A stretch of 64,000 nucleotides of DNA from positions 30,776-94,775 of IMG/VR virus record IMGVR_UViG_3300022074_000013; one strand, written 5' to 3'. The stretch comes from a virus. A model generated the notes under the pieces. The model did not search any database, had not been told where the DNA came from, and worked only from the letters and a program-made list of their open reading frames with translations. Positions 39,453 through 47,952 of this stretch are shown in pieces (position 1 is the first letter of the stretch; each line of letters begins with the position of its first letter). The position numbers and the translations under genes were made by a program.

Positions 39453-40400
39453 ATGAACAATGAATTTTTATTTGTAGAGAAGTATCGTCCTCAAAAGATT
39501 GACGACTGTATACTTCCAAGTGACCTGTATGCCACATTCAAAGACATAGTAGAAACGGGTGAGATACCTAATCTTATGTTGAATGGTACTGCAGGTTGTG
39601 GTAAAACAACTGTAGCGAAGGCACTTTGTAATGAACTAGGTGCAGACTTTATAGTTGTCAACGGTTCTGATGAAGGTAGATTGATTGATACCTTGAGAAC
39701 CAAAATCAAAAACTTTGCGTCCACCACCAGTTTGTCTGGCGGCCCTAAAGTAGTTATTCTAGACGAAGCAGACTACATTAGTGCCGAATCTGTGCAACCT
39801 GCTCTGCGTGGATTCATTGAAGAGTTCAGTTCTAATTGCAGGTTCATTATGACTTGTAATTTCAAGAACAGAATTATCAATCCTTTGCATTCAAGATGTA
39901 CTGTGATTGACTTCAAGATTCCTAGTAGTGAAAAACCTAGACTTGCAAGTGTGTTCTTAGCAAGACTCATGGAGATATGTACGCTAGAAGAAATCAAGTT
40001 CAACAAGGACGTACTTGCTGAACTTATCATGAAATTCTTTCCCGACTTTAGACGTTGTCTAAATGAGGTTCAAAGATATGGTATCGGTGGTGAAATCGAT
40101 ACTGGATTACTTTCTACTCTTGCAGAAGAGAAGATTACGCCATTGATAAATACACTCAAAGAAAAGAAGTGGACTGAAATGCGTAAGTGGGTCGGTGAAA
40201 ATTCTGACAATGATTTATCTGTAATGTATAGAAAGATTTTTAACGCACTCGAACATAAACTCGAACCTGCCTCAATACCTGCATGTGTTTTAATCATAGC
40301 AGACTATCAGTACAAGACTGCATTTGCAGCTGATTCTGAAATTAATTTAGTTGCATGTTTGACCGAGATTATGTCGGAGTGTAAATTTAGGAGTAAGTAA
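39453..40400 (+). CDS. g44: Clamp loader large subunit gp44
   Basis: 'VEKYRP', 'GTAGCGKTT', 'ILDEAD', 'PLHSRC' and 'FPDFRR'. Confidence 0.97.
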   Translation: MNNEFLFVEKYRPQKIDDCILPSDLYATFKDIVETGEIPNLMLNGTAGCGKTTVAKALCNELGADFIVVNGSDEGRLIDTLRTKIKNFASTTSLSGGPKVVILDEADYISAESVQPALRGFIEEFSSNCRFIMTCNFKNRIINPLHSRCTVIDFKIPSSEKPRLASVFLARLMEICTLEEIKFNKDVLAELIMKFFPDFRRCLNEVQRYGIGGEIDTGLLSTLAEEKITPLINTLKEKKWTEMRKWVGENSDNDLSVMYRKIFNALEHKLEPASIPACVLIIADYQYKTAFAADSEINLVACLTEIMSECKFRSK

Positions 40401-40930
40401 TGTTAGGAATGCTAACTGTAGGTGACCAATTCCCGCCTGTAAAATTAAATGGAATTGACGCTAACAATGACTTCGTTGAAGTTCAAATCGCTGAGGGTTA
40501 TACGCCACTCAAACATGAGTGGACAGTAGTTTACTTTTATCCAAAAGACTTTACTTTTATCTGTCCAACTGAGATTGCTGGTATGGACATATTAGTTGAC
40601 CATGCAAACGTGATTGGTATTTCAGGTGATAATGAATTCTGTAAGTCTGCTTGGAAACAAGCGAATGGTGTTATTAGAGAAATCAAACACACACTTGCGG
40701 CTGATTGTGGACTCAAATTATCTTCTGAACTTGGCATTGTCAATGAAGAACAAGGTGTCTGTAATCGTGCAACATTTATCTTTGATAAAGATAGAGTCAT
40801 TCAACACGTATCAGTCAATGGATTATCTACTGGTAGAAATGCTCAAGAAGTTCTTAGAACTTTGAAAGCAATTCAAGCTGGTGGATTGACTGGTTGTGAA
40901 TGGAACGAAGGAGACGATTTCGTTGCATGA
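40400..40930 (+). CDS. ahpC: Peroxiredoxin (AhpC/Prx1)
   Basis: 'YFYPKDFTFICPTE' and 'GRNAQEVLR'. Confidence 0.9.
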   Translation: MLGMLTVGDQFPPVKLNGIDANNDFVEVQIAEGYTPLKHEWTVVYFYPKDFTFICPTEIAGMDILVDHANVIGISGDNEFCKSAWKQANGVIREIKHTLAADCGLKLSSELGIVNEEQGVCNRATFIFDKDRVIQHVSVNGLSTGRNAQEVLRTLKAIQAGGLTGCEWNEGDDFVA

Positions 40931-41202
40931 GTGAGTTTGATGAAATAGTACAACGTCAACGAGAACTTCTCGAAGCAGAAGAGTGGGCGAAAGGAGTACA
41001 TACCTTACAAATACATAGGTTGTATTCCATGTTCTATGAAACAGAAGAATCCGAAAAATTTCTCGATAACGGTTATGTTACTGATATTACATATAACAGT
41101 GGCGTAACCATAAGAGAACAAAATGGAAAAGAGGTATACAAATTTGGAGAAGAATTGAAAGGTGAAGACCTTGTAGATTCTTTTAGAAGTCACACTGCAT
41201 GA
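40927..41202 (+). CDS. Hypothetical protein
   Basis: ATGA-coupled ORF (MSEFDEIV...). Confidence 0.65.
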   Translation: MSEFDEIVQRQRELLEAEEWAKGVHTLQIHRLYSMFYETEESEKFLDNGYVTDITYNSGVTIREQNGKEVYKFGEELKGEDLVDSFRSHTA

Positions 41203-41597
41203 AGAAAACTAATCCGTTTGATTTTGTTAAATCTGTATCCCATACCAAAAAAGATATTATGGTGGACGATATTGCTGAGAAGCAGTATGCACCATTCATA
41301 ACTAATAAAGCATTATCCTATCACCAAGACGCAGTTTATTTTGCAAATGAAATGAACATACGTCATGGTGTAGATAACCGCCTTCAATACCTTTTTTATC
41401 TAAATATACTAAGGAAAAGACAAAGATTTTCAACTTGGTCTAAACCCTATATTAGTAAAAAGTTAGATACAATCAAGGACTACTATCAAGTAAGTAACTT
41501 AAAAGCAAAGGAATATTTGGAAGTTCTTACTGATAAGCAGGTTCGTGAATTGAAAAAAAGAATGACAAAAGGTGGCAAGGATAATGGAAAGTTATGA
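41199..41597 (+). CDS. g62: Clamp loader small subunit gp62
   Basis: 'YAPFITNKALSY...ANEMN' and 'LQYLFYLNILRKRQRF'. Confidence 0.93.
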   Translation: MKKTNPFDFVKSVSHTKKDIMVDDIAEKQYAPFITNKALSYHQDAVYFANEMNIRHGVDNRLQYLFYLNILRKRQRFSTWSKPYISKKLDTIKDYYQVSNLKAKEYLEVLTDKQVRELKKRMTKGGKDNGKL

Positions 41598-42000
41598 GAA
41601 TGAAGTCAAAGACTTAATTGAAGTTACATTCCCCGAAAAAGACGATTTTTTAAAGATACGTGAGACTCTCACTAGGATTGGTGTAGCGTCACGTAAAGAA
41701 CAAGAGTTATATCAGTCTTGCCATATCCTACACAAACGTGGGAAGTATTACATAACCCACTTCAAAGAACTATTCATACTGGACGGTAAACCTAGTAACC
41801 TAGACGAGAATGATATTGGTAGAAGGAATACCATTATCAACCTTCTACAACAATGGAGCCTACTTAAAGTATTGAATCCTGACAGTATCAAAGAACCTAC
41901 CGCACCTCTATCACAGATTAAAATCATTCCTTTTAAAGAGAAAAAGGAATGGATTCTCACACCTAAATACAATATCGGTAACAATAAAGCACCCGAATAG
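41584..42000 (+). CDS. regA: Translational repressor RegA
   Basis: 'DDFLKIRETLTRIGVAS' and 'LYQSCHILHKRGKYYITHFKELF'. Confidence 0.97.
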   Translation: MESYENEVKDLIEVTFPEKDDFLKIRETLTRIGVASRKEQELYQSCHILHKRGKYYITHFKELFILDGKPSNLDENDIGRRNTIINLLQQWSLLKVLNPDSIKEPTAPLSQIKIIPFKEKKEWILTPKYNIGNNKAPE

Positions 42001-42027
42001 ATAAATATCCCTACAAGGATACATTAC

Positions 42028-42258
42028 ATGTTTGGATTTATTTTAACGATTTTAAAGAATATCGTGCTTAAGTTAGCAACAACTGGAGCATTCAACTTTA
42101 TGATGCCGACTCTACTAAAAGTAGACAAGTGGTGTGAAGAGAAAATTGGATTAGATATTATTAAACAAGAGCAGAGGTGGTTTGAGAAGTATCCACTGCT
42201 CAAAAAAAGAATTGAGGTTTTAGAGTCTAAAGTAGAAGACCTTCAATCTCAAAAATAA
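42028..42258 (+). CDS. Hypothetical protein
   Basis: ORF after a TAAATA promoter. Confidence 0.65.
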   Translation: MFGFILTILKNIVLKLATTGAFNFMMPTLLKVDKWCEEKIGLDIIKQEQRWFEKYPLLKKRIEVLESKVEDLQSQK

Positions 42259-42267
42259 GGAGAATCT

Positions 42268-42462
42268 ATGTTAAAAGCAAAACTAGATTTAGTAATGAGT
42301 TGGGTAAAATCAAGAATCGGAGAACGTACCTCATGGGACGGTGCTACGATTATAGCAATATCAGTGTTAGTGCTCGTAGCTGCACCGATTGTTAAACTAT
42401 TGGCTTGGCCCGCTTTAGCTTATGGAATTTATACTCTTTGCAAAGAAGAGAATTTAGTGTAA
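42268..42462 (+). CDS. Small membrane protein
   Basis: SD AAGGAG; 'ERTSWDG' followed by a hydrophobic hairpin. Confidence 0.7.
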   Translation: MLKAKLDLVMSWVKSRIGERTSWDGATIIAISVLVLVAAPIVKLLAWPALAYGIYTLCKEENLV

Positions 42463-42478
42463 TAAATATAATTAAATA

Positions 42479-42751
42479 ATGGAGAATATCATGGAACTAT
42501 CTACGTGGGTGATACTTTTGATTATCGCAGTACCTGTACTATTCGTTTTAAACGATAAGTATGGTTGGATTGATAGTGCAGTGGGTAAACCACCAGCACC
42601 TGCAGAAGAACCAACTTTTAAAGCGCCTTCTGCTAACAAACTTATGAAGTTTACTAAAAAAGAACTTATTGAGTTTGCGGAAAACAACAACATTGTTGTT
42701 ACACCTTCCAAAACCAAGTCTGAGATTATCAAACAAATCAGAAAAAAATAA
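42479..42751 (+). CDS. Membrane-anchored protein with a C-terminal Rho-N/HeH-like motif
   Basis: N-terminal TM, Pro linker and 'LMKFTKKELIEFAENNNI...KTKSEII'. Confidence 0.65.
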   Translation: MENIMELSTWVILLIIAVPVLFVLNDKYGWIDSAVGKPPAPAEEPTFKAPSANKLMKFTKKELIEFAENNNIVVTPSKTKSEIIKQIRKK

Positions 42752-42805
42752 GTATTAAGGGTGGAAATTATTCTGCCCTAAATACAACTTCCAACCGTCC
42801 ATATC

Positions 42806-42813
42806 TATAAATA
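42806..42813 (+). promoter_or_regulatory. Late promoter TATAAATA driving the curli-like cassette
   Basis: 5 nt before the ATG at 42819. Confidence 0.75.
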
Positions 42814-42818
42814 GTCGT

Positions 42819-43112
42819 ATGGACATATTTCAATTTTTAAGTGAAGTCGGAATCCCTATCGGGACTGCGGTAGTGATGGCTTTCTTTATCTATCTGACCT
42901 TAAAATATATTTTTGAGTCTGTACTGGGTCAGATTTCGTCCACCGAAAACATTATAAGCATGCTCGAAACACGAGCACGTGTTATGAATAATGATATTAT
43001 TAAAATAGATTTATTAGTAAGTAGTGCATTAGAACTAGCACCACCAATTGACCGTGTTGCTAGAGCAGAAAACTTTGTTGAGGATGGAAGTATAGACGCC
43101 AGACGAGACTAA
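42819..43112 (+). CDS. Small membrane/coiled-coil protein
   Basis: 'SEVGIPI' TM segment; paralogous to the next gene. Confidence 0.7.
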   Translation: MDIFQFLSEVGIPIGTAVVMAFFIYLTLKYIFESVLGQISSTENIISMLETRARVMNNDIIKIDLLVSSALELAPPIDRVARAENFVEDGSIDARRD

Positions 43113-43116
43113 GACC

Positions 43117-43413
43117 ATGGAAAATCTTGCTCAATTAATCGCAGAGTTTGGGTTTCCAGTTGTAATGTCTATGGGTATGGGATACTTCATATGGTATGTT
43201 TGGAAATTCATTACCATTGAAGTTAAACCAGCACTCGGACGCATGTTTACAGCAAGTATAAAATTGACTGACCAGCTAAGAATGCTAGACCAAGACATGC
43301 TTCGTCTTCAAGAAAAGGTGAACACTGTTTTGGAATATCGTGAGCGCCAAGAACTTTTGCAGGACGCAAAAGAAAAGCAGGCACTCGAAGAGGTAACAAA
43401 TGAAAAGAAGTAA
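43117..43413 (+). CDS. Small membrane/coiled-coil protein (paralogue)
   Basis: 'AEFGFPV' TM segment and 'RMLDQDMLRL'. Confidence 0.7.
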   Translation: MENLAQLIAEFGFPVVMSMGMGYFIWYVWKFITIEVKPALGRMFTASIKLTDQLRMLDQDMLRLQEKVNTVLEYRERQELLQDAKEKQALEEVTNEKK

Positions 43414-43891
43414 AATTTTTGGTATAACATTTGCAATGATAACACTATGTGTCATTTCTCCGACAGTACAATCAGACGAACTGGTACATAAATTTAAAAA
43501 CCCCAGCTTTAGTGGCGTGGGAACTTCTGCCCATTACTTGACAATTGAGAATCAGGAGAAGTCTAGGACAGACAAGATTGCTGAGGACATTAGGGCAGCT
43601 CTTTTGAAACAGCAAAGAGAAGCAGAAAATACAGTTTTAGCCAAATTCATAAGGAATTTGGAATCGAGAATCTATGCTCAGCTATCAAAACAGTTAGTTG
43701 AAAACATGTTCTCAAACGAAGAAGGTGCAAACTACGGAACGTTTACACTGGAAGGAAATACAATTACTTACGAAAGGAAGAACATATGTACTGATGACGG
43801 ACTATGTGACGATTGGATTGTAATGACAATTGTCGGTAGTGACGGAACTACAACAACTATTGAAATTCCAATTGGTACTGGGGGTTTTTAG
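43400..43891 (+). CDS. csgF: Curli assembly protein CsgF-like
   Basis: Signal peptide, then 'ELVHKFKNPSFSG' (CsgF FxNPxFGG motif) and C-terminal 'GTTTTIEIP'. Confidence 0.85.
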   Translation: MKRSKIFGITFAMITLCVISPTVQSDELVHKFKNPSFSGVGTSAHYLTIENQEKSRTDKIAEDIRAALLKQQREAENTVLAKFIRNLESRIYAQLSKQLVENMFSNEEGANYGTFTLEGNTITYERKNICTDDGLCDDWIVMTIVGSDGTTTTIEIPIGTGGF

Positions 43892-44799
43892 TGAAGAATC
43901 TTTTATTAGTTGGAGTGCTCGGACTCTTGCTATCTAGTTGTGCAGGGATACCGCACATGAAAGATTCCTGTACATCTCTGATAATGAATGAGTACGGAGA
44001 ATGTATTGAAGAGCCTGAAGCAATCAAACTTCCAGCATATGCATTATTATTAGATTTACCAGCCGCTGAGGTTATGCCAGTGGTTGCTGTTTATGGGTTT
44101 AAAGACCTAACAGGACAAAGAAAAAGACAAGACGGTGTCGCAACATTTAGTACAGCAGTCAGTCAAGGAGTGACTGCAATGTTGATAGACGCACTCAAAA
44201 CTGCAGGGGGTGGAAGTTGGTTCCGTGTAGTTGAAAGAGAAGGATTAGATAATCTTGTACGTGAAAGACAAATAGTCAGAAGTACAAGAGAACAATTTCA
44301 AGAAGAGGGTGAAAGTAAAGAAACTATTCAACCTCTTTTATTTGCTGGCATCATACTCGAAGGTGGAATTATAGGGTATGATACCAATATGGAAACTGGT
44401 GGCCGAGGTGCAAGAACATTAGGGATTGGACACTCGACTGCTTATCGTAGAGATACGATTGTCGTTTCTTTAAGAGCAGTTAGTACACTTACTGGTGAAG
44501 TTCTTATGAACGTTCAGACCAAGAAGACTGTACTAAGTGTATCGCAAGGATTCGATGTATTTAAATTTGTAGATATGGATACCCAACTCATTGAAATTGA
44601 GGACGGTGTGACAGAGAATGAGTCGGTGACTTTTGCAACGAGGGCTGCTATAGAAGCTGCTGTTCTAGAAATGATTTATCAAGGACACGATAGAAAATAC
44701 TGGACAATTGACGGCCGACATAGACACCCTCATAAAATAGATGGCGGTAATGAAAGACATGCCATCGAGGAGAATAAAGACGAATATGAAAATGAATAA
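43891..44799 (+). CDS. csgG: Curli secretion channel lipoprotein CsgG
   Basis: Lipobox LLLSS-C; 'VAVYGFKDLTGQRK', 'FSTAVSQG', 'WFRVVEREGLDNLVRERQIVR' and 'EGGIIGYDTN'. Confidence 0.93.
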   Translation: MKNLLLVGVLGLLLSSCAGIPHMKDSCTSLIMNEYGECIEEPEAIKLPAYALLLDLPAAEVMPVVAVYGFKDLTGQRKRQDGVATFSTAVSQGVTAMLIDALKTAGGGSWFRVVEREGLDNLVRERQIVRSTREQFQEEGESKETIQPLLFAGIILEGGIIGYDTNMETGGRGARTLGIGHSTAYRRDTIVVSLRAVSTLTGEVLMNVQTKKTVLSVSQGFDVFKFVDMDTQLIEIEDGVTENESVTFATRAAIEAAVLEMIYQGHDRKYWTIDGRHRHPHKIDGGNERHAIEENKDEYENE

Positions 44800-45511
44800 A
44801 CTAAAATTATGTTTAGGTTTATTGTTTGCAATGTCTGTAATGCCTCTTTTAGCTGATGACGACAACGAAATATTTTTGCAACAATCAGGTGATACGTTAA
44901 CATTAACGATTGACCAAGTTGGTTACGGAAATAAATTCGGTGGAACTATAGTAAACGGTCAGGTTGCTACTGATATGATTTTGACAGGTACAACGAATAC
45001 GTTCAACCTTGACCAAATCGGTAACAGCAACCAACTATTCGGGCCTGTTGTGTTAGATAGTTCTACCATTAATATGGTATTCACTGGTGACAGTAATATC
45101 TTTGATTGGAATATAGGCGATACTGGTGATTCTGATAACTCAAACATCAATGTCGCAGTTACAGGTAGCAGTAACACTTGGGATTATGACCAAGGTTATG
45201 CCGCTAGTGCTAACTATTTGGATTTTGATTTAACGCTAATAGGAGATTCAAACGATTTCTTTATAGACATAGATTCAGACCAAGCTAAATGGGAAATGGA
45301 AATTACTGGTGACAGTAATAACGTTGACACAAAACAACTTGACGCATCTGACCATGAATTAAAAGTGGTTCATACGGGTGATAGTATCAATATGGATATT
45401 ATTCAACAGTCAGGTACATGTGGAAATAAAACATGCCCAGGCAAGATTGACTTACAGTTGAGTTCTGATAATGCTACAGTTACAATTAACCAAAAAGATA
45501 CTAACGATTAG
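44786..45511 (+). CDS. Secreted curlin-like beta-solenoid repeat protein
   Basis: Signal peptide; repeats of the form 'N-x-x-x-I-x-Q-x-G-x-x-N' and 'TGDSN'. Confidence 0.75.
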   Translation: MKMNKLKLCLGLLFAMSVMPLLADDDNEIFLQQSGDTLTLTIDQVGYGNKFGGTIVNGQVATDMILTGTTNTFNLDQIGNSNQLFGPVVLDSSTINMVFTGDSNIFDWNIGDTGDSDNSNINVAVTGSSNTWDYDQGYAASANYLDFDLTLIGDSNDFFIDIDSDQAKWEMEITGDSNNVDTKQLDASDHELKVVHTGDSINMDIIQQSGTCGNKTCPGKIDLQLSSDNATVTINQKDTND

Positions 45512-46604
45512 TGCTATACTTCTGTCGTATCCCTCTTATGCGGATACGATAGGAGACATAGTCGAACAAACTGGTATTGGAAACATTATCAGAGAAGGTA
45601 ATAAAATACCCTCTACTGATTTTCCTAGTATAAACCTCTATGACGAGGCGGAAACTGGGAATGGGAGAATGCTAATTGAGTTCTTAGACGAAGAAGAACT
45701 TGCATTAACAGAACATACACTGGTCTACATAGACGAAGTATATTATGACCCTAATCCCGACTTATCGAAAATGTCGATGAGAATGGTAATGGGTACAGCT
45801 CGTTTTGCCTCAGGTAAACTAGGTAAAATGAATAAATCGAACATTGCGATTTCTACGCCAACTGCTAACATAGCGATTAATGGCACAGATTTTACGACAA
45901 CCATCGATGAACTCGGGCGAAGTCTTATTATACTTTTGCCTGACGCAAATGGTGACGCATCAGGTTCGATTACAGTTAGTAATGAATCGGGTACAGACGT
46001 AGTATTAGAAGAAGCATATCAAGCCACAATGGTATCTACTTTAAATTCATACCCAACTGCACCTGTAGTAATAAACAATATTACATCAAGTTTGATTAAT
46101 AATATGTTTATTGTGAGTCAACCCAAAGATATTTCTAGGGTGATAGAGGAGTCTGCTACAGAATCAAATGACGGTGGTATCTTGGACGTAGACTTTTTAG
46201 AGTTTGACGGTCTTGATGCAGACGCATTGAAAGACTCAGAAGGTGAATTAGAATTTACTGAATTAGATATAGACCTATTAGATGTTGACTTTTTACAGGA
46301 CTTACTTGATATTGTAGAAGAGTTAGATAGGAAAGTAGGGATAAACAGAACTGCAGACAGTGGTGGAAATACATTTGGAATAGAAGGTACTGCTATAGGT
46401 TTTGATAAAGACACGCAGTACAATACAATAGTTGATACAGGAAGTGGATTGGTTACGTTCTATCGTGAAGTAAACGGAACCATAAGTATTAAATTACCAG
46501 TAGACGCAATGGCACAAATAGTGACCGTAACTAACGAAAAGGAGAGTGTAATTAATATGGGTGGCGACCAAGCAATCAATATTATTATTACACAACAAAA
46601 TTAA
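45471..46604 (+). CDS. FecR-domain periplasmic protein
   Basis: Signal peptide; 'ETGNGRMLIEFLD', 'GTARFASG' and 'TPTANIAINGTDF'; acidic linker. Confidence 0.82.
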   Translation: MLQLQLTKKILTISAILLSYPSYADTIGDIVEQTGIGNIIREGNKIPSTDFPSINLYDEAETGNGRMLIEFLDEEELALTEHTLVYIDEVYYDPNPDLSKMSMRMVMGTARFASGKLGKMNKSNIAISTPTANIAINGTDFTTTIDELGRSLIILLPDANGDASGSITVSNESGTDVVLEEAYQATMVSTLNSYPTAPVVINNITSSLINNMFIVSQPKDISRVIEESATESNDGGILDVDFLEFDGLDADALKDSEGELEFTELDIDLLDVDFLQDLLDIVEELDRKVGINRTADSGGNTFGIEGTAIGFDKDTQYNTIVDTGSGLVTFYREVNGTISIKLPVDAMAQIVTVTNEKESVINMGGDQAINIIITQQN

Positions 46605-46744
46605 TGAGCCAAAAACAACAACAGCAAAGACTTAGATTTCAAGAAAAGAAAATTAAAGACCAAGCAGAAACAATTGCAGAACAACAAAAAAGAATAGAAG
46701 AGTGGATAAAACAACAACAAGACCCACGTCACAATCAAGAATGA
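46604..46744 (+). CDS. Small Gln-rich coiled-coil protein, 46 aa; absent from ORF track
   Basis: TAATG/ATGA coupling at both ends; MSQKQQQQRLRFQEKKIKDQAETIAEQQKRIEEWIKQQQDPRHNQE. Confidence 0.55.
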   Translation: MSQKQQQQRLRFQEKKIKDQAETIAEQQKRIEEWIKQQQDPRHNQE

Positions 46745-47409
46745 AAATAACTGGAACTCATTTAGGGATTGCAGTAATTTTATTGTTCTTTGTAGGACAG
46801 TGCTTTGCTGGTGACGAACATAATCATGTGCACATAGACCAAGTTGCTGACGGTGATAATGCAAATGTTAACATTACGCAGATAGGATATGATAACCATA
46901 TCGATTTTACTTTTGCACATGCTAACAACACTTTTACTCTATCCCAATCAGGGAATGGTAACTCAATCTCTTGGGTATCATACTGGGGTTCAGGAAGAAC
47001 TTGGGGTGGTGATGTTGACGGTACTGGTAACACAGAAACAGTAACACAGATTGACGGTGCTACATACGGTAGACACATATGGGGTAACAATAACGAAGTT
47101 GACGTTTACCAAAATGGAACTCACGAATTCAATTTAGACATTCACGTTAATGGTGTAGAACACGAAAACTGGCAAGAAGGTTCAGGAAGTCATTACGCAC
47201 ACATATACTATTATCAAAATTCACATGATTCAATCACAGATATTGAACAAAAAGGAAGTGGTAGTCATCAAGCAAGAATAACACTACAAGGTTCAGAACA
47301 TACTAATTTAAATCTATTACAACAAGGTTCGACTAATCAGTCATACAATATAACAAATACCTGCCATACAGTAGGTGGTTGCAGTATAAACGTTTCTCAG
47401 GGCAACTAA
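46741..47409 (+). CDS. Second secreted curlin-like repeat protein (His-rich)
   Basis: Signal peptide MKITG...CFA; repeats 'NITQIGYDN', 'LSQSGNGN', 'IEQKGSGSH' and 'LLQQGSTN'. Confidence 0.78.
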   Translation: MKITGTHLGIAVILLFFVGQCFAGDEHNHVHIDQVADGDNANVNITQIGYDNHIDFTFAHANNTFTLSQSGNGNSISWVSYWGSGRTWGGDVDGTGNTETVTQIDGATYGRHIWGNNNEVDVYQNGTHEFNLDIHVNGVEHENWQEGSGSHYAHIYYYQNSHDSITDIEQKGSGSHQARITLQGSEHTNLNLLQQGSTNQSYNITNTCHTVGGCSINVSQGN

Positions 47410-47411
47410 AT

Positions 47412-47451
47412 AAAAAACCCTCTTATAATTACTCAAACATTGAGGTATAAT
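47412..47451 (+). promoter_or_regulatory. sigma70 'middle-type' promoter
   Basis: AAAAAACCCT-CTTATA-18-TATAAT. Confidence 0.65.
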
Positions 47452-47458
47452 AGTGTAT

Positions 47459-47947
47459 ATGAAACTAATAAATATCTTAGTATTTTGTGCGCTTCTTTTA
47501 GGAGCTACAAAAGTGGAAGGTTTAGAACTAGAGATGGACACTCATTGTCTTGCTCAAAACATATATTTTGAAGCAGGTAATCAACCTCTTGCAGGACAGA
47601 TTGCAGTTGCTAACGTAGTTTTAAATCGTGTAGAACATGATAAATTTCCCGATTCAATTTGTGGAGTAGTTTATCAAACAAAAGAATGGCGAACCTCTTG
47701 GACAGGTAAGACCATTCCTAAATTAGGAATGTGTCAGTTCTCTTGGTTTTGTGATGGCAAATCAGACAAACCAAAAGACAGTAAAACTTGGGCGGAGAGT
47801 TTAAAACTTGCAGACGAAATACTGGACGGTCAGTATTTTGATTTGACAGAAGGTGCAATGTGGTATCATGCGTATTATATACAACCATATTGGAGTCAAC
47901 ATTTAAACGAGACAGTACAAATATCCGCACATATATTCTATAGGTAA
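47459..47947 (+). CDS. Cell wall hydrolase, SleB/Hydrolase_2 family
   Basis: 'CLAQNIYFEA', 'AVANVVLNRV', 'CQFSWFCDG', 'GAMWYHA' and 'HIFY'. Confidence 0.92.
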   Translation: MKLINILVFCALLLGATKVEGLELEMDTHCLAQNIYFEAGNQPLAGQIAVANVVLNRVEHDKFPDSICGVVYQTKEWRTSWTGKTIPKLGMCQFSWFCDGKSDKPKDSKTWAESLKLADEILDGQYFDLTEGAMWYHAYYIQPYWSQHLNETVQISAHIFYR

Positions 47948-47952
47948 AATCT

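Noticed and set aside
42758-42779. Hairpin AGGGTGGAA-ATTA-TTCTGCCCT as a terminator
   Set aside because: It has G-U pairs in the stem and no U tract, so a function cannot be supported.
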